From an uncultured bacterium (lineage in GTDB: Bacteria > Bacillota_I > Bacilli_A > RFN20 > CAG-826), in NCBI GenBank assembly GCA_949285325.1, contig CASDYZ010000007.1, positions 149,629 to 213,628 on the forward strand: DNA of 64,000 bases. The letters are read 5' to 3'. Shown here one piece after another: positions 1-9,590 of the stretch. Below the pieces are notes generated by a model. It saw nothing but the letters and a program-made list of their open reading frames with translations, was not told where the DNA came from and made no database searches. The first letter of the stretch is position 1. Every line of letters starts with the position of its first letter. Both the position numbers and the translations under genes were made by a program.

Positions 1-593
1 AGTTTAAAAATAAATTAGATAAGTTTATCGACATCGATAATGAACTTGAAAAAAGAGATACCGATAGAATTATTAAATTAATAGAAGAAGATAAATATCG
101 ACTACTAGTTATAGAAAAAATAATAAGCCATGAGATTTGTGGGTTTTGTATGTTTTATGTCGGTAGCAATAAAGATATATTTATCGACTATTTATCGATT
201 GATGAAAAATATAAAAAAGAAGGACTTGGGACTAGGTTATATAATATTGTCGCCTCACAATGTAGAAGTAAAAATATCAAAGGGATATTCTTTCAAACTT
301 ATAAACCTATTTCAGGGGATGATAAATTAAAAATCGTCTTAGATTTTGTCTCACATTTTAACGCCAGTAGGGTGTATGTCGATGAATATCGAAGTCCTCT
401 TGAATTAGTTTATCCAAACAATCAATATGCTTTGTGGTTCATCCCTTTTACTAACGAGACTCTTCCAGCCAGTTGGATGCAAAAAAGTGTTAAAGAAGCG
501 ATATTAGGGATGTATGGTAATAGCAAAGAAAATAGAGATATTGTAGAATCATATATTACCAAAATTGGTGAATTTTTTGGAAAAGAGGAATAA
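1..593 (+). CDS. GNAT-family N-acetyltransferase, 5' partial (continues upstream of window)
   Basis: Frame 3 is open from base 3 to the TAA at 591-593, with no in-frame ATG before 150, so the real start lies outside the window. LLVIEK..CGFCMFY..IDYLSIDEKYKKEGLGTRLYN resembles GNAT motif A (R/Q-x-x-G-x-G/A). Confidence 0.55.
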   Translation, partial: FKNKLDKFIDIDNELEKRDTDRIIKLIEEDKYRLLVIEKIISHEICGFCMFYVGSNKDIFIDYLSIDEKYKKEGLGTRLYNIVASQCRSKNIKGIFFQTYKPISGDDKLKIVLDFVSHFNASRVYVDEYRSPLELVYPNNQYALWFIPFTNETLPASWMQKSVKEAILGMYGNSKENRDIVESYITKIGEFFGKEE

Positions 594-602
594 GAAAAAA
601 AT

Positions 603-1937
603 ATGGAAAAAGAATTAACATTAAAACAATTAGATTTATTTGAAAAAGATTTAAATAAGAGAGAAGATTTTAAGGTCATTAGAAATAGCGTAGTTAAAAA
701 CGGGATTATTGAAAGTTCAATCAATGAAGAAGAGGTAAGAAAATTAGTCGATGTATACTCTTATAAAGTTGAATCGGGATTAATCACTAATCAAAAAAGA
801 AGTGGTCGATGCTGGATGTTTGCGGCGATGAATGTCTTAAGATTAAAAGTGATGGATAAACTCAATATCGACAATATGGAACTATCCCAATCATATCCAT
901 TATTTTTTGATAAATTAGAAAAATCTAATTTCTTTTTAGAAAATATTTTAAGGACACTAGATGAAAAAGTTGGCTCGCGATTATTAGATTTTCTTTTATC
1001 TAAACCTGTGCAAGACGGCGGGCAGTGGACGATGATTGTCAACTTAATTAAAAAATATGGTGTCGTTCCAAAAAGTGTGTATGGTGAAAGTGCGTCGAGC
1101 TCTAATACGACAGCATTAGATAAATATTTAACTTTAAAATTGAGAGAATACGCGCTTACTTTAAGAAAAGAGTATCAAAGTGGTAAAGATATAAATCATT
1201 TAAGAGAACTAAAAGAAAAGATGCTCGATGAGATTTACCACGTTTTGGCGGTGTCGCTTGGTGTACCACCTAAAAAATTTGATTATGAATATGTCGATAA
1301 AGATAATGTGTACCATAAGATAAAAGAGATTACACCACTAGAGTTTTATGAAAAATATGTCGGTGTTAATTTAGATGATTATGTTTCTATTTTAAACTGC
1401 CCTTCACCAACTAGACCAATCAATAAATCTATCACCGTCAAATATTTAAACAACATGGAAGGTGGAGAAAAGGTCATATATTTAAATTTAAATATAGATA
1501 GAATGAAAAAGTTATGTGTTTCTCAACTTAAAGATAATGAAGTAGTGTGGTTTGGTTGTGATGTCTCTCAATTTTCTTTAAGAGATAAAGGATATCTCTC
1601 CACTAAAATTTTAGATGTCGATAAATTGTTAAACACTAAATTTAATATGAATAAAGGTGAAAGAGTCGATTACGGTGAATCTCTTATGACACACGCGATG
1701 GTGTTGACTGGAGTCAATATGATAGATGACAATCACATGGATAGATGGAGAATAGAAAATTCTTGGGGAGAAGATGTCGGTTTTAAAGGATACTTTGTCA
1801 TGAGTGATGAATGGTTTACTAATTTTGTCTATCAAGCTGTCATCAATAAAAAATATTTAACAAAAGAAGAATTAGAATCATTAAAAGAAAAACCGATTGA
1901 ATTAGAACCTTGGGATCCGATGGGTTCACTCGCTTAA
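603..1937 (+). CDS. pepC: aminopeptidase C / bleomycin-hydrolase-type cysteine peptidase (family C1B)
   Basis: 444 aa. Catalytic-Cys motif QKRSGRCWMFAAMN near residue 70. C-terminal HAMVLTGV and ENSWGEDVGFKGY (His/Asn region). Length and ends are typical of PepC. Confidence 0.9.
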   Translation: MEKELTLKQLDLFEKDLNKREDFKVIRNSVVKNGIIESSINEEEVRKLVDVYSYKVESGLITNQKRSGRCWMFAAMNVLRLKVMDKLNIDNMELSQSYPLFFDKLEKSNFFLENILRTLDEKVGSRLLDFLLSKPVQDGGQWTMIVNLIKKYGVVPKSVYGESASSSNTTALDKYLTLKLREYALTLRKEYQSGKDINHLRELKEKMLDEIYHVLAVSLGVPPKKFDYEYVDKDNVYHKIKEITPLEFYEKYVGVNLDDYVSILNCPSPTRPINKSITVKYLNNMEGGEKVIYLNLNIDRMKKLCVSQLKDNEVVWFGCDVSQFSLRDKGYLSTKILDVDKLLNTKFNMNKGERVDYGESLMTHAMVLTGVNMIDDNHMDRWRIENSWGEDVGFKGYFVMSDEWFTNFVYQAVINKKYLTKEELESLKEKPIELEPWDPMGSLA

Positions 1938-2041
1938 AAAATAACTACTGTTTTTTATTTATTCTTTGACATATGTTTTGTTAAAATAAAAAGGGCACCC
2001 CACAAAGGCCTTTTTTATTTTATTATCTAGGAGCAGTTTTT

Positions 2042-3643
2042 ATGAGTAAATTTATTTTTATTACCGGAGGTGTTGTCTCATCTTTAGGCAAAGGTATAAT
2101 CGCAAGTAGTGTTGGACGACTTTTAAGAAATAGAGGTTTATCTATTTTTATGCAAAAGCTCGATCCATATATCAATGTTGATCCAGGCACTTTATCCCCT
2201 TATCAACACGGGGAAGTATACGTTACTGATGACGGGGCTGAAACTGACTTAGATTTAGGTCATTATGAGAGATTTACTAACCAAAGTTTAACTAAACTTA
2301 GCAATATTACTTCAGGGCGCATTTATCAAAACGTCATAAAAAAAGAGAGGGAAGGTAAATATTTAGGTAAGACTGTTCAAGTTATCCCTCACATCACCAA
2401 TGAGATAAAAGAGCATATAAAAAAGGCTGCAAAAAATAGTGGGGCGGATGTCATTATCACCGAGATTGGTGGCACGGTTGGGGATATAGAATCTCTTCCA
2501 TTTTTAGAAGCAATAAGACAAATTAGAAGAGAATTAGGAGAAGAAAATACTTTATTTATCCATACAGTGTTGCTTCCATTTCTACCTTCTTCTGGCGAGA
2601 TGAAAACTAAACCTGCACAGCATTCGGTAAAAGAGCTTGGCTCATTAGGAATTCAACCTGATTTTATTGTTTTAAGAAGTGAGAAAAATATCAACAAAGA
2701 CATAAGGGATAAAATATCTTTATTTTGCGACGTTAATATCGAACATGTCTTTGTTTGTAAGGATGTCGAGATAATATATGAAGTTGTTTTAGAATTAGCA
2801 AAACAAAAATTAGATGAGCAAATTTGTTCACATTTTAAATTAGAAACCGCCCCACTAGATTTATCTAACTGGGAATTATTAATTAAAAATATTAAAAATT
2901 TAAAACAACAAGTAAATATTGCTTTAGTTGGTAAATATGTTTCTCTTCACGATGCTTATCTATCGGTATCTGAAGCGATAAAAGCTGCTGGATACAAATT
3001 AGGTATTAAAACAAATATCATATGGATAAATAGTGAAGATGTTAATGAAGGCAATGTTTTTGGAATGTTAAAAGACGCGGATGGGATAGTCGTACCAGGT
3101 GGGTTTGGGCAAAGAGGCACTGAAGGGAAAATAGTCACCTTGAAGTACGCGAGAGAAAATAATATTCCACTTCTTGGTATATGTTTAGGTATGCAGTTAA
3201 TGGCGGTTGAATTTGCTAGAAATGTACTAAATTTAAAAGACGCGAATACGATAGAATTTGACGAGAATACTTCTAACCCAGTAATACATCTACTTCCTAA
3301 CCAATACAAGGGCATAGATTTAGGTGGGACACTTAGACTAGGTGCTTATGAACTAGAATTAAAAGAAACATCTAAAGTATTTAAATATTATAAAAGATTT
3401 CCATTAAGTGAGAGACATAGACACCGTTATGAATTTAATAATGAATACATCTCATCATTCATCAATAACGGGATGCAAATAACTGGGATAAATCCTAAGA
3501 TAAAATTAGTGGAAGTGATTGAACTAGACAATCATCCTTTCTATGTCGGATGTCAATTTCATCCAGAATTTAAATCTAGACCTAATCACGCGCATCCATT
3601 TTTTCTCTCGTTAGTGGAAAGCGCTTTTAAATTTAAAAAATAG
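2042..3643 (+). CDS. pyrG: CTP synthase
   Basis: 533 aa. N-terminal FITGGVVSSLGKGI. Glutamine amidotransferase Cys in LGICLGMQ and QFHPEF near the C-terminus. SD AGGAG at 2029-2033. Confidence 0.97.
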   Translation: MSKFIFITGGVVSSLGKGIIASSVGRLLRNRGLSIFMQKLDPYINVDPGTLSPYQHGEVYVTDDGAETDLDLGHYERFTNQSLTKLSNITSGRIYQNVIKKEREGKYLGKTVQVIPHITNEIKEHIKKAAKNSGADVIITEIGGTVGDIESLPFLEAIRQIRRELGEENTLFIHTVLLPFLPSSGEMKTKPAQHSVKELGSLGIQPDFIVLRSEKNINKDIRDKISLFCDVNIEHVFVCKDVEIIYEVVLELAKQKLDEQICSHFKLETAPLDLSNWELLIKNIKNLKQQVNIALVGKYVSLHDAYLSVSEAIKAAGYKLGIKTNIIWINSEDVNEGNVFGMLKDADGIVVPGGFGQRGTEGKIVTLKYARENNIPLLGICLGMQLMAVEFARNVLNLKDANTIEFDENTSNPVIHLLPNQYKGIDLGGTLRLGAYELELKETSKVFKYYKRFPLSERHRHRYEFNNEYISSFINNGMQITGINPKIKLVEVIELDNHPFYVGCQFHPEFKSRPNHAHPFFLSLVESAFKFKK

Positions 3644-3727
3644 TCCGTTTTTGCATTAAATACTGATGTTTTGCGGTGCTTTTTAAAATAACTTTATAAT
3701 TTTAGTTAAAAATTTTAAAATTAATAT

Positions 3728-4621
3728 ATGATTGAAATTAAACATTTATCCAAATCATTTGGTGAAAAACATGTTCTAGATGATATTAATATCAAAATAC
3801 AAAACGGCAATATTTTTGGTCTAGTCGGCATCAATGGTGCGGGCAAGACTACCTTATTAAGACTAATAAGTGGCATTTTAAAAAGCGATAATGGCGACAT
3901 ATTATTCGATGGTAAAAATAATTTTGTCGATGAGTCAGTTAGACAAGATTTATTTTTCTTAAATGAAGATCCTTTCTATCCTCGTAATTCATCGATTAAA
4001 TCATTAATTGAATTTTATAAACAGTTTTATAATCTCGACATCTATAAGATGCATCATTATATCGATTTATTTAAGCTTGATATAAACGCCAAAAACATCG
4101 ATAAATTTTCTAAAGGGATGAAGAGACAATTATTTATTTGTATTGCCCTTTCTATCGCTCCTCGATATCTATTATTAGATGAAGCTTTTGATGGTCTTGA
4201 TCCAATGGCGAGACTAACGTTTAAAAAAGCGATAAGTGAAATGGTGACAAATAACAAAAGTATTGTGATTATTTCTTCCCACTCATTAAAAGAACTTGAA
4301 GATATTTGTGATATATATGGTTTGATAGACAACAACCACATAACAGTGTCGGGCGAAGAAAATAAACAAGTACAAGAAGAAGTTAAAACTTATCAAATGT
4401 TATTTAAAAACCACGTTGATGAGAAAGTATTTAAAGAATTTAATCCTTCATATTTCAAACAAGAAGGTAGTGTTTATAAGGTTGTCATCGCAGGGGATGA
4501 AGAGAAAATAAAAGCGGATATTATCAATAAACTTCACCCTGACTTTATTGAAACTATACCGATGAATTTTGAAGAATTTTTCATGAATGAAGTAAAAAAT
4601 AGAGGTTATAAAGATGAATAA
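3728..4621 (+). CDS. ABC transporter ATP-binding protein (ABC-2 exporter type)
   Basis: Walker A GINGAGKTT, signature FSKGMKRQL, Walker B LLLDEAFDGLD, H-loop SSHS. About 90-aa C-terminal extension. The stop overlaps the next start (ATGAATAA). Confidence 0.85.
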   Translation: MIEIKHLSKSFGEKHVLDDINIKIQNGNIFGLVGINGAGKTTLLRLISGILKSDNGDILFDGKNNFVDESVRQDLFFLNEDPFYPRNSSIKSLIEFYKQFYNLDIYKMHHYIDLFKLDINAKNIDKFSKGMKRQLFICIALSIAPRYLLLDEAFDGLDPMARLTFKKAISEMVTNNKSIVIISSHSLKELEDICDIYGLIDNNHITVSGEENKQVQEEVKTYQMLFKNHVDEKVFKEFNPSYFKQEGSVYKVVIAGDEEKIKADIINKLHPDFIETIPMNFEEFFMNEVKNRGYKDE

Positions 4622-5747
4622 GAAGAATGTATTTTTCTATTTTGTTAAGACGACCTTACCGCTTCTATTTTTTGTCACTATTATTTCATCTTTAATTGCA
4701 TTTTTAGTCATTAAATTAAATTATAGTTTTACTAATTTAGAGTATTATTCTAGGTCACCTTTAAACGGCGTGATAGTGTTAATTATTATGATGCTTTTCT
4801 ACGCATTTATCATGCCTTCTTATCAACTTAGAGTGCTTAAAGATAAAAGGAGTTCTGACATTTATTTATCCCTCCCCGTCAATACAAAAAATTTAGTGTG
4901 GTTAAAAATATTAGTGGGGATATTTGAAATTAGCATTTCTCACATTTTTATATCTTTTGTTGTGTTTTTAAGTGTCATCAGTGTGTTCGGCGGGATGGAA
5001 ATTAATCTCTTCCCTAACTTGGTGCATTTCCTTTGGGTTATACCTATAACTTTATTAATGGTATTATGCGTATTTTTAATTAATACTTTTTTATACACCC
5101 AAGGTAATAATGATAGAGACGGTGTATTTATTCAAATATTAGGGACTATCGCCTTATTTTTAATAAGCTATATGCCTTTTAGACTTATAGGTGCCTTCTA
5201 TGAAGAATTTAATAACTTTGATTTTGTAAAATACGCGAATAGTTTCTTATCTTTTTATGCTTTAATTATCCCTATTGCCACCTATAGCGATTCTCTTATA
5301 AGTGGTATGCCAGTCGAGGTGACTAATATCGATTCTAATATGTTAATTACTAGGAGTGTCTTCTTGGTGGTTTTAACTGCTTCTTGTATATTTGGTATAT
5401 TTATTTTCTATAAAAAATATTTCAAAGCTGAAAAGGTCAACGATATATCTTCTTCATGGTTTGGATATAAAGTTAGTCTACCTCTCATATTAGGATGTGT
5501 TTTATTTGAAGTTACTGTCTTACTTGCTTCTAGTGACATAAGTTCGATACTTCTTTACATTTTGTGTTTAGTATTAATTATTGGCATGTATATTGGTTTT
5601 AGCATGTTGTTCTATTTTAGAACATATAAACTGCCTATTAGTTTTTTAATAGTTTCAGTTTCTGTCATATTTGGCTCAATTATTTTAGGATATGTACCAC
5701 ATTGGTTATCATTAACAAATCCTCTCACTTATATGCTTTTAATATAA
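4614..5747 (+). CDS. polytopic membrane protein, probable ABC-2-type permease partner
   Basis: 377 aa, about 10 hydrophobic segments. Start overlaps the stop of the upstream ATPase by 8 nt. No catalytic motif recognised. Confidence 0.55.
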   Translation: MNKKNVFFYFVKTTLPLLFFVTIISSLIAFLVIKLNYSFTNLEYYSRSPLNGVIVLIIMMLFYAFIMPSYQLRVLKDKRSSDIYLSLPVNTKNLVWLKILVGIFEISISHIFISFVVFLSVISVFGGMEINLFPNLVHFLWVIPITLLMVLCVFLINTFLYTQGNNDRDGVFIQILGTIALFLISYMPFRLIGAFYEEFNNFDFVKYANSFLSFYALIIPIATYSDSLISGMPVEVTNIDSNMLITRSVFLVVLTASCIFGIFIFYKKYFKAEKVNDISSSWFGYKVSLPLILGCVLFEVTVLLASSDISSILLYILCLVLIIGMYIGFSMLFYFRTYKLPISFLIVSVSVIFGSIILGYVPHWLSLTNPLTYMLLI

Positions 5748-5779
5748 TTTGATTTATAATTTTCATCGGAGGTAATAAT

Positions 5780-6955
5780 ATGCAGTTTGATTTTGTTTTT
5801 CATAATCCTACCAAAATTTATTTTGGTAAAGATTCATTAAACAATTTAGAGCAAGAATTAAAAAAATATAAAGATAATATATTGCTCGTCTATGGCGGTG
5901 GTTCAATTAAAAGAATCGGTTTGTACGACCAAGTTATCGACATCTTAAATAAATGTCATAAAAATGTTTTTGAATTAAGTGGAGTCATGCCTAACCCAAC
6001 ATATGAAAAGATGATGGAAGGGGCGAGGATGGTAAAAGAACACGACATCGATTTAATTCTTGCAGTTGGAGGAGGCTCTGTCATCGATTTATCTAAAGGT
6101 GTATCTGTAAGCGCCTACTCTAAAGAAGAACCATTTGAAAAATATTGGTTAAAAAAAGAAGCGCTAGACAATAAGACTGTACCAGTCGCCTCTATTTTAA
6201 CGATGGTGGGAACTGGTTCAGAAATGAATGGTGGCTCAGTTATAACTCATGAAGTAAAGAATTTAAAAGTAGGACGCGTCTTCCCATCAAGTGTCTATCC
6301 TAAATTCTCTATTTTAAATCCAGAATATACTTATTCAGTCCCACTTTATCAAATGAAGTCAGGTATATTTGATATCATGTCCCATTTGATGGAACAATAT
6401 TTCAGTGGTCATGACGACAACGTCAGCGACGATTTGATTGAAGCGTTAATTAAATCGACGATTAAAAACACTAAAAACGCCATTGAAAATCCTAAGGATT
6501 ATGAAGCGAGAAGCAATATAATGTGGATCGCTACCCTCGCACTTAATACATTGGTGGGGTGCTCTAAAGAGCAGGACTGGGAAGTGCACGCGATCGAACA
6601 CCAAATCAGCGCGTTTACCGACTGCGCGCATGGAATGGGGCTAGCCGCGATATCTGTCCCATATTATCAACATATATATAAATATGGTTTAGATAAATTT
6701 AAACGCTTCGCGATTAATGTATTTAATGTCGAAGAAACAAATAAAACAGATGAGCAAATTGCTTTAGAAGGTCTCGATGCTTTAAAAGATTTTATCGTCA
6801 GTTCTGGCATGATCTATTCTATTAAAGATTTAGGTGTAAAAGAAGATATGATTAGACCTATCGCTGATACATGCGCCTTGGGTGGTGGATACAAACAAAT
6901 CAACCATGACGAGATATACGATATTTTATTAAAAAGTTACAACAATAATTACTAA
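5780..6955 (+). CDS. iron-containing (group III) alcohol dehydrogenase, BdhA/YqhD-like
   Basis: 391 aa. LVYGGGSIKR and AVGGGSVIDLSKG nucleotide-binding loops. Conserved metal-binding His cluster (HAIEHQIS..CAHGMG). SD GGAGG at 5769-5773. Confidence 0.85.
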   Translation: MQFDFVFHNPTKIYFGKDSLNNLEQELKKYKDNILLVYGGGSIKRIGLYDQVIDILNKCHKNVFELSGVMPNPTYEKMMEGARMVKEHDIDLILAVGGGSVIDLSKGVSVSAYSKEEPFEKYWLKKEALDNKTVPVASILTMVGTGSEMNGGSVITHEVKNLKVGRVFPSSVYPKFSILNPEYTYSVPLYQMKSGIFDIMSHLMEQYFSGHDDNVSDDLIEALIKSTIKNTKNAIENPKDYEARSNIMWIATLALNTLVGCSKEQDWEVHAIEHQISAFTDCAHGMGLAAISVPYYQHIYKYGLDKFKRFAINVFNVEETNKTDEQIALEGLDALKDFIVSSGMIYSIKDLGVKEDMIRPIADTCALGGGYKQINHDEIYDILLKSYNNNY

Positions 6956-7029
6956 TTAACATTTTTGTTATATCATTTTACAAATCTATAACTAAATAAG
7001 CATATTTTATACTTTATTCATAAAATTAT

Positions 7030-7038
7030 TGCTATAAT
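7030..7038 (+). promoter_or_regulatory. candidate extended -10 promoter element (TGcTATAAT) for the ATPase/RloB cassette
   Basis: TGCTATAAT at 7030-7038, about 20 nt upstream of the ATG at 7058, followed by SD GAGG at 7048-7051. The -35 is weak (TTATTC-like). Confidence 0.35.
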
Positions 7039-7057
7039 AAATTTATGAGGTATATGT

Positions 7058-8353
7058 ATGCTTATTTCTTTTAAAATTCAAAACTTTAAATCTTTTTATC
7101 AAGAAAATATATTTTCGATGATAACTACCGCCAAATTCAAAAATTATCCTGAGCATATAAAGCAAATTAAAAATTTAACTATCCTAAAATACAGCGCAAT
7201 TTATGGACCTAATGCGGGAGGGAAGACATCTTTTATAACCGCTTTATCAGTGTTTAAAAATATTGTTTTAAATGGTGTCTCACCACTGATGAATGACTTT
7301 GCCTTTAGAGGTAAAGAAAAAGAAGACACTATTTTTGACATCGTCTTTTCTAAAGATGACAAGATTTATCGATACGCGCTTATTGTCAATTTTAAAGATG
7401 GTGAAATTAAAGAAGAATATTTAGCTAATGTTTTAACTTCTAAAAAGCAAGAAAAAGAAATATACCACGACAAAATAATAAATAACAAAGATCACAGGGC
7501 TAATATATATTTTGAAGATTATAAAATGGTGTGTGCAAAAAACATCCCTTTTTTAAGTTTTATTAATCAAGGTAAAAATTTGACTAGTCCGACGTTAAAT
7601 CCTTTTAAAAAAGCATATGAATTTTTTTATAACGATCTATTGATAATATCTTCATCTAGCTCTATTAATATGATGCATTTAAAAGACGATGAAAGTATCA
7701 ATCAAATATCTTCATTATTAAAAAAGATGCAAACCGGCATTGAAAAGATAAAATTGGTGCCTATAACTTTAGAAGATTTAGCAAAATCTCTACCAACCAA
7801 TTTATTTAATGAGGTATTGACTAGACTTAATTTATCAATAAAAGATGATTCAATTGAAGCCTTATCATTATTAAATGAATTATTTATTGTTAAAAAATAT
7901 AAAAATAAACCCCTTTCTTTTTATAGACTTATATCGGTACATAAAGGCAATGAGACTTCTCAATTTGATTTATTTGAAGAATCGGATGGCACGAAAAGAG
8001 TATTCTTTCTCTCTAGCATATTGTTAAACACTAATCCAGAAGCGGTGTATATAGTCGATGAGATAACAAGGAGTATGCACCCCCTTTTAGCGTACCGCTT
8101 CATAGAAAATGCGATTAAAAATTTAAATAATAATAATTCCCAACTTATATTCACCACTCATCTACCAAATCTCATGAACAAATATTTAAGAGTCGATGAG
8201 ATATGGTTTATCCAAAATGAATATAAAAATAAAGGTAGCAGCATCTACCCTCTTACATCATTTGTTTCAAGGAGCGACACAAATTTAGCCCAAGACTATA
8301 TTTATGGGCGTTTTGGGGCTATCCCACATTTCATTAAAGGGATCGATGATTGA
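7058..8353 (+). CDS. ABC/SMC-type AAA ATPase (AAA_15/AAA_21-like; AbiLi / AriA / OLD-ATPase-like)
   Basis: 431 aa. MLISFKIQNFKSF N-terminus, then Walker A GPNAGGKTS. C-terminal signature-like ESDGTKRVF, Walker B VYIVDEITRSMHP, H-loop FTTHLP. A long insert separates the two head halves. Confidence 0.8.
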   Translation: MLISFKIQNFKSFYQENIFSMITTAKFKNYPEHIKQIKNLTILKYSAIYGPNAGGKTSFITALSVFKNIVLNGVSPLMNDFAFRGKEKEDTIFDIVFSKDDKIYRYALIVNFKDGEIKEEYLANVLTSKKQEKEIYHDKIINNKDHRANIYFEDYKMVCAKNIPFLSFINQGKNLTSPTLNPFKKAYEFFYNDLLIISSSSSINMMHLKDDESINQISSLLKKMQTGIEKIKLVPITLEDLAKSLPTNLFNEVLTRLNLSIKDDSIEALSLLNELFIVKKYKNKPLSFYRLISVHKGNETSQFDLFEESDGTKRVFFLSSILLNTNPEAVYIVDEITRSMHPLLAYRFIENAIKNLNNNNSQLIFTTHLPNLMNKYLRVDEIWFIQNEYKNKGSSIYPLTSFVSRSDTNLAQDYIYGRFGAIPHFIKGIDD

Positions 8354-9041
8354 TATGGCACTTGCCCCATTCCCGTTAACGCGTCCACATAAAAGAGTGC
8401 AAACATATCCAAAGATATATTTTTTGATGGAGGGAGAAAAGACTGAAAAATATTATATACTCGCGATTTTTAAACTCGATGAATTTCATAATATCCCTAA
8501 TGTCGATATTGAATTTTTAGATAAGATAGACGCGGATAAGCATGTGTCGCATGTCTATAAATTAGTCGATAAGGCAGTGGAATTTAAATCTAGACTACCT
8601 CTATTTGACAATAAGAAAGATAGAATATACATATTCTACGACTTGGATGTGTTTAGAGAAGATGCTTATGAGCACATTAAAAAAATGAAACAAATCATGA
8701 GAAAATATCCTTTTATTAAGTTTGGATATACGCATCCTGCTTTTGAATTATATTTACTTATGCATAAAGAAAATGCTTATAAAAAATACATTCTTCCAAA
8801 CAAAGGTAAAATTATTAACAACGAATGGGTGAATAAAAAACGATATATAAATAATTTAACTTCCAATGTTTTAAAAATTAATCCTAAAAAAGAAGATCAT
8901 TACGAATTTTTAGTCCCTAAATATTTAATTGCCCTTGAAAACTGCAAAAACTTAAATCATAAGTTAGAAAAATTTAAAAACGAACTAACTTGCAATCTAG
9001 ATGATATTTTTGAAGAATTATTGAAATTAAATGAGGATTAA
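8346..9041 (+). CDS. RloB-like Toprim-domain protein (AbiLii-like)
   Basis: ATG 8346 overlaps the upstream TGA (ATGATTGA); the ORF-track start 8304 lies inside the upstream gene. Ordered RloB hallmarks: YFLMEGEKTEKYY (Toprim Glu), IFYDLDVF (DxD-like), GYTHPAFELYLLMH. Confidence 0.7.
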   Translation: MIDMALAPFPLTRPHKRVQTYPKIYFLMEGEKTEKYYILAIFKLDEFHNIPNVDIEFLDKIDADKHVSHVYKLVDKAVEFKSRLPLFDNKKDRIYIFYDLDVFREDAYEHIKKMKQIMRKYPFIKFGYTHPAFELYLLMHKENAYKKYILPNKGKIINNEWVNKKRYINNLTSNVLKINPKKEDHYEFLVPKYLIALENCKNLNHKLEKFKNELTCNLDDIFEELLKLNED

Positions 9042-9073
9042 TTTTATTTAAAAATAATTAATATAGTGGTGAT

Positions 9074-9493
9074 TTATGCATTTTTTGAAACAAATTCTTT
9101 AATTTTGTCAAAAGTTTTTTCACTTATAACGTGTTCGATTAAACAACAATCGTGCTCAGCGTTTTCTTCATCTATACCAAGTAGGAGTAAAAATTTTTTT
9201 ATCGTTATATGCTTCTCATAAACTTTATTTGCTTCATGTTTACCTCTTTCTGTCAAATGGATATCGCCGTATGAAACTTTTTCAATTAAGCCGAGTTGAA
9301 GAAGTTCATTCATCGCTTTAGACACCGCTGGCTTAGAGACATTTAAAAAATGGGCAATTTTTACTGATTGGACATTTTCTCCTTTTTGTTCGAGTATTAA
9401 AATTGCCTCGATATAGTCTTCAATCGATTTAGTTAAACGATTATCGCCTTGCCTCATATAATTGATTATATTCTTTTTTATTTTATTGGGCAA
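9074..9493 (-). CDS. DtxR/MntR-family metal-dependent transcriptional repressor
   Basis: 139 aa. SIEDYIEAILILEQ plus the wHTH VKIAHFLNVSKPAVSKAMNEL, then a dimerisation/metal-site region with conserved His and Cys. The ORF-track start is TTG 9493; ATG 9457 (MRQGDN..) is an alternative. Divergent from feoAB. Confidence 0.85.
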   Translation of the reverse strand: MPNKIKKNIINYMRQGDNRLTKSIEDYIEAILILEQKGENVQSVKIAHFLNVSKPAVSKAMNELLQLGLIEKVSYGDIHLTERGKHEANKVYEKHITIKKFLLLLGIDEENAEHDCCLIEHVISEKTFDKIKEFVSKNA

Positions 9494-9533
9494 ATGGCTT
9501 GCATCTAAAAAGTTAACTTTAATTAATTTTTTG

Positions 9534-9562
9534 TTGACTTTGATTTTTTCTCTTTATATTAT
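9534..9562 (+). promoter_or_regulatory. candidate sigma-70-type promoter of feoAB (TTGACT-17 nt-TATTAT)
   Basis: TTGACT 9534-9539, a 17-nt spacer, TATTAT 9557-9562. SD AGGAG 9605-9609 precedes the ATG at 9616. Confidence 0.35.
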
Positions 9563-9570
9563 TTATATGA

Positions 9571-9590
9571 AAATTAACTGCGGTTAACTT
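9571..9590. promoter_or_regulatory. candidate metalloregulator operator (20-bp imperfect palindrome AAATTAACTG|CGGTTAACTT)
   Basis: 8 of 10 positions pair across the centre. It lies just downstream of the putative -10, where a repressor would occlude the transcription start. The core TTAAC-N4-GTTAA has the flavour of DtxR/IdeR iron boxes, but I did not match it to a consensus. Confidence 0.3.

Noticed and set aside
1966-2020. Possible Bacillus-type pyrG reiterative-transcription attenuator. A TAAAAT -10-like hexamer (1982-1987) would place the transcription start on GGGC (1993-1996), followed by CCCC and a T-run (2011-2016).
   Set aside because: The GGGC start resembles the Bacillus pyrG initially transcribed sequence. 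However, I cannot fold a credible terminator hairpin before the T-run: there are only 2-3 G:C pairs plus A:T pairs, and AAAGGCCTTT is a loop-less palindrome. The TTGACA at 1966-1971 is also only 10 nt from the -10. Without the hairpin the attenuation model is unsupported.
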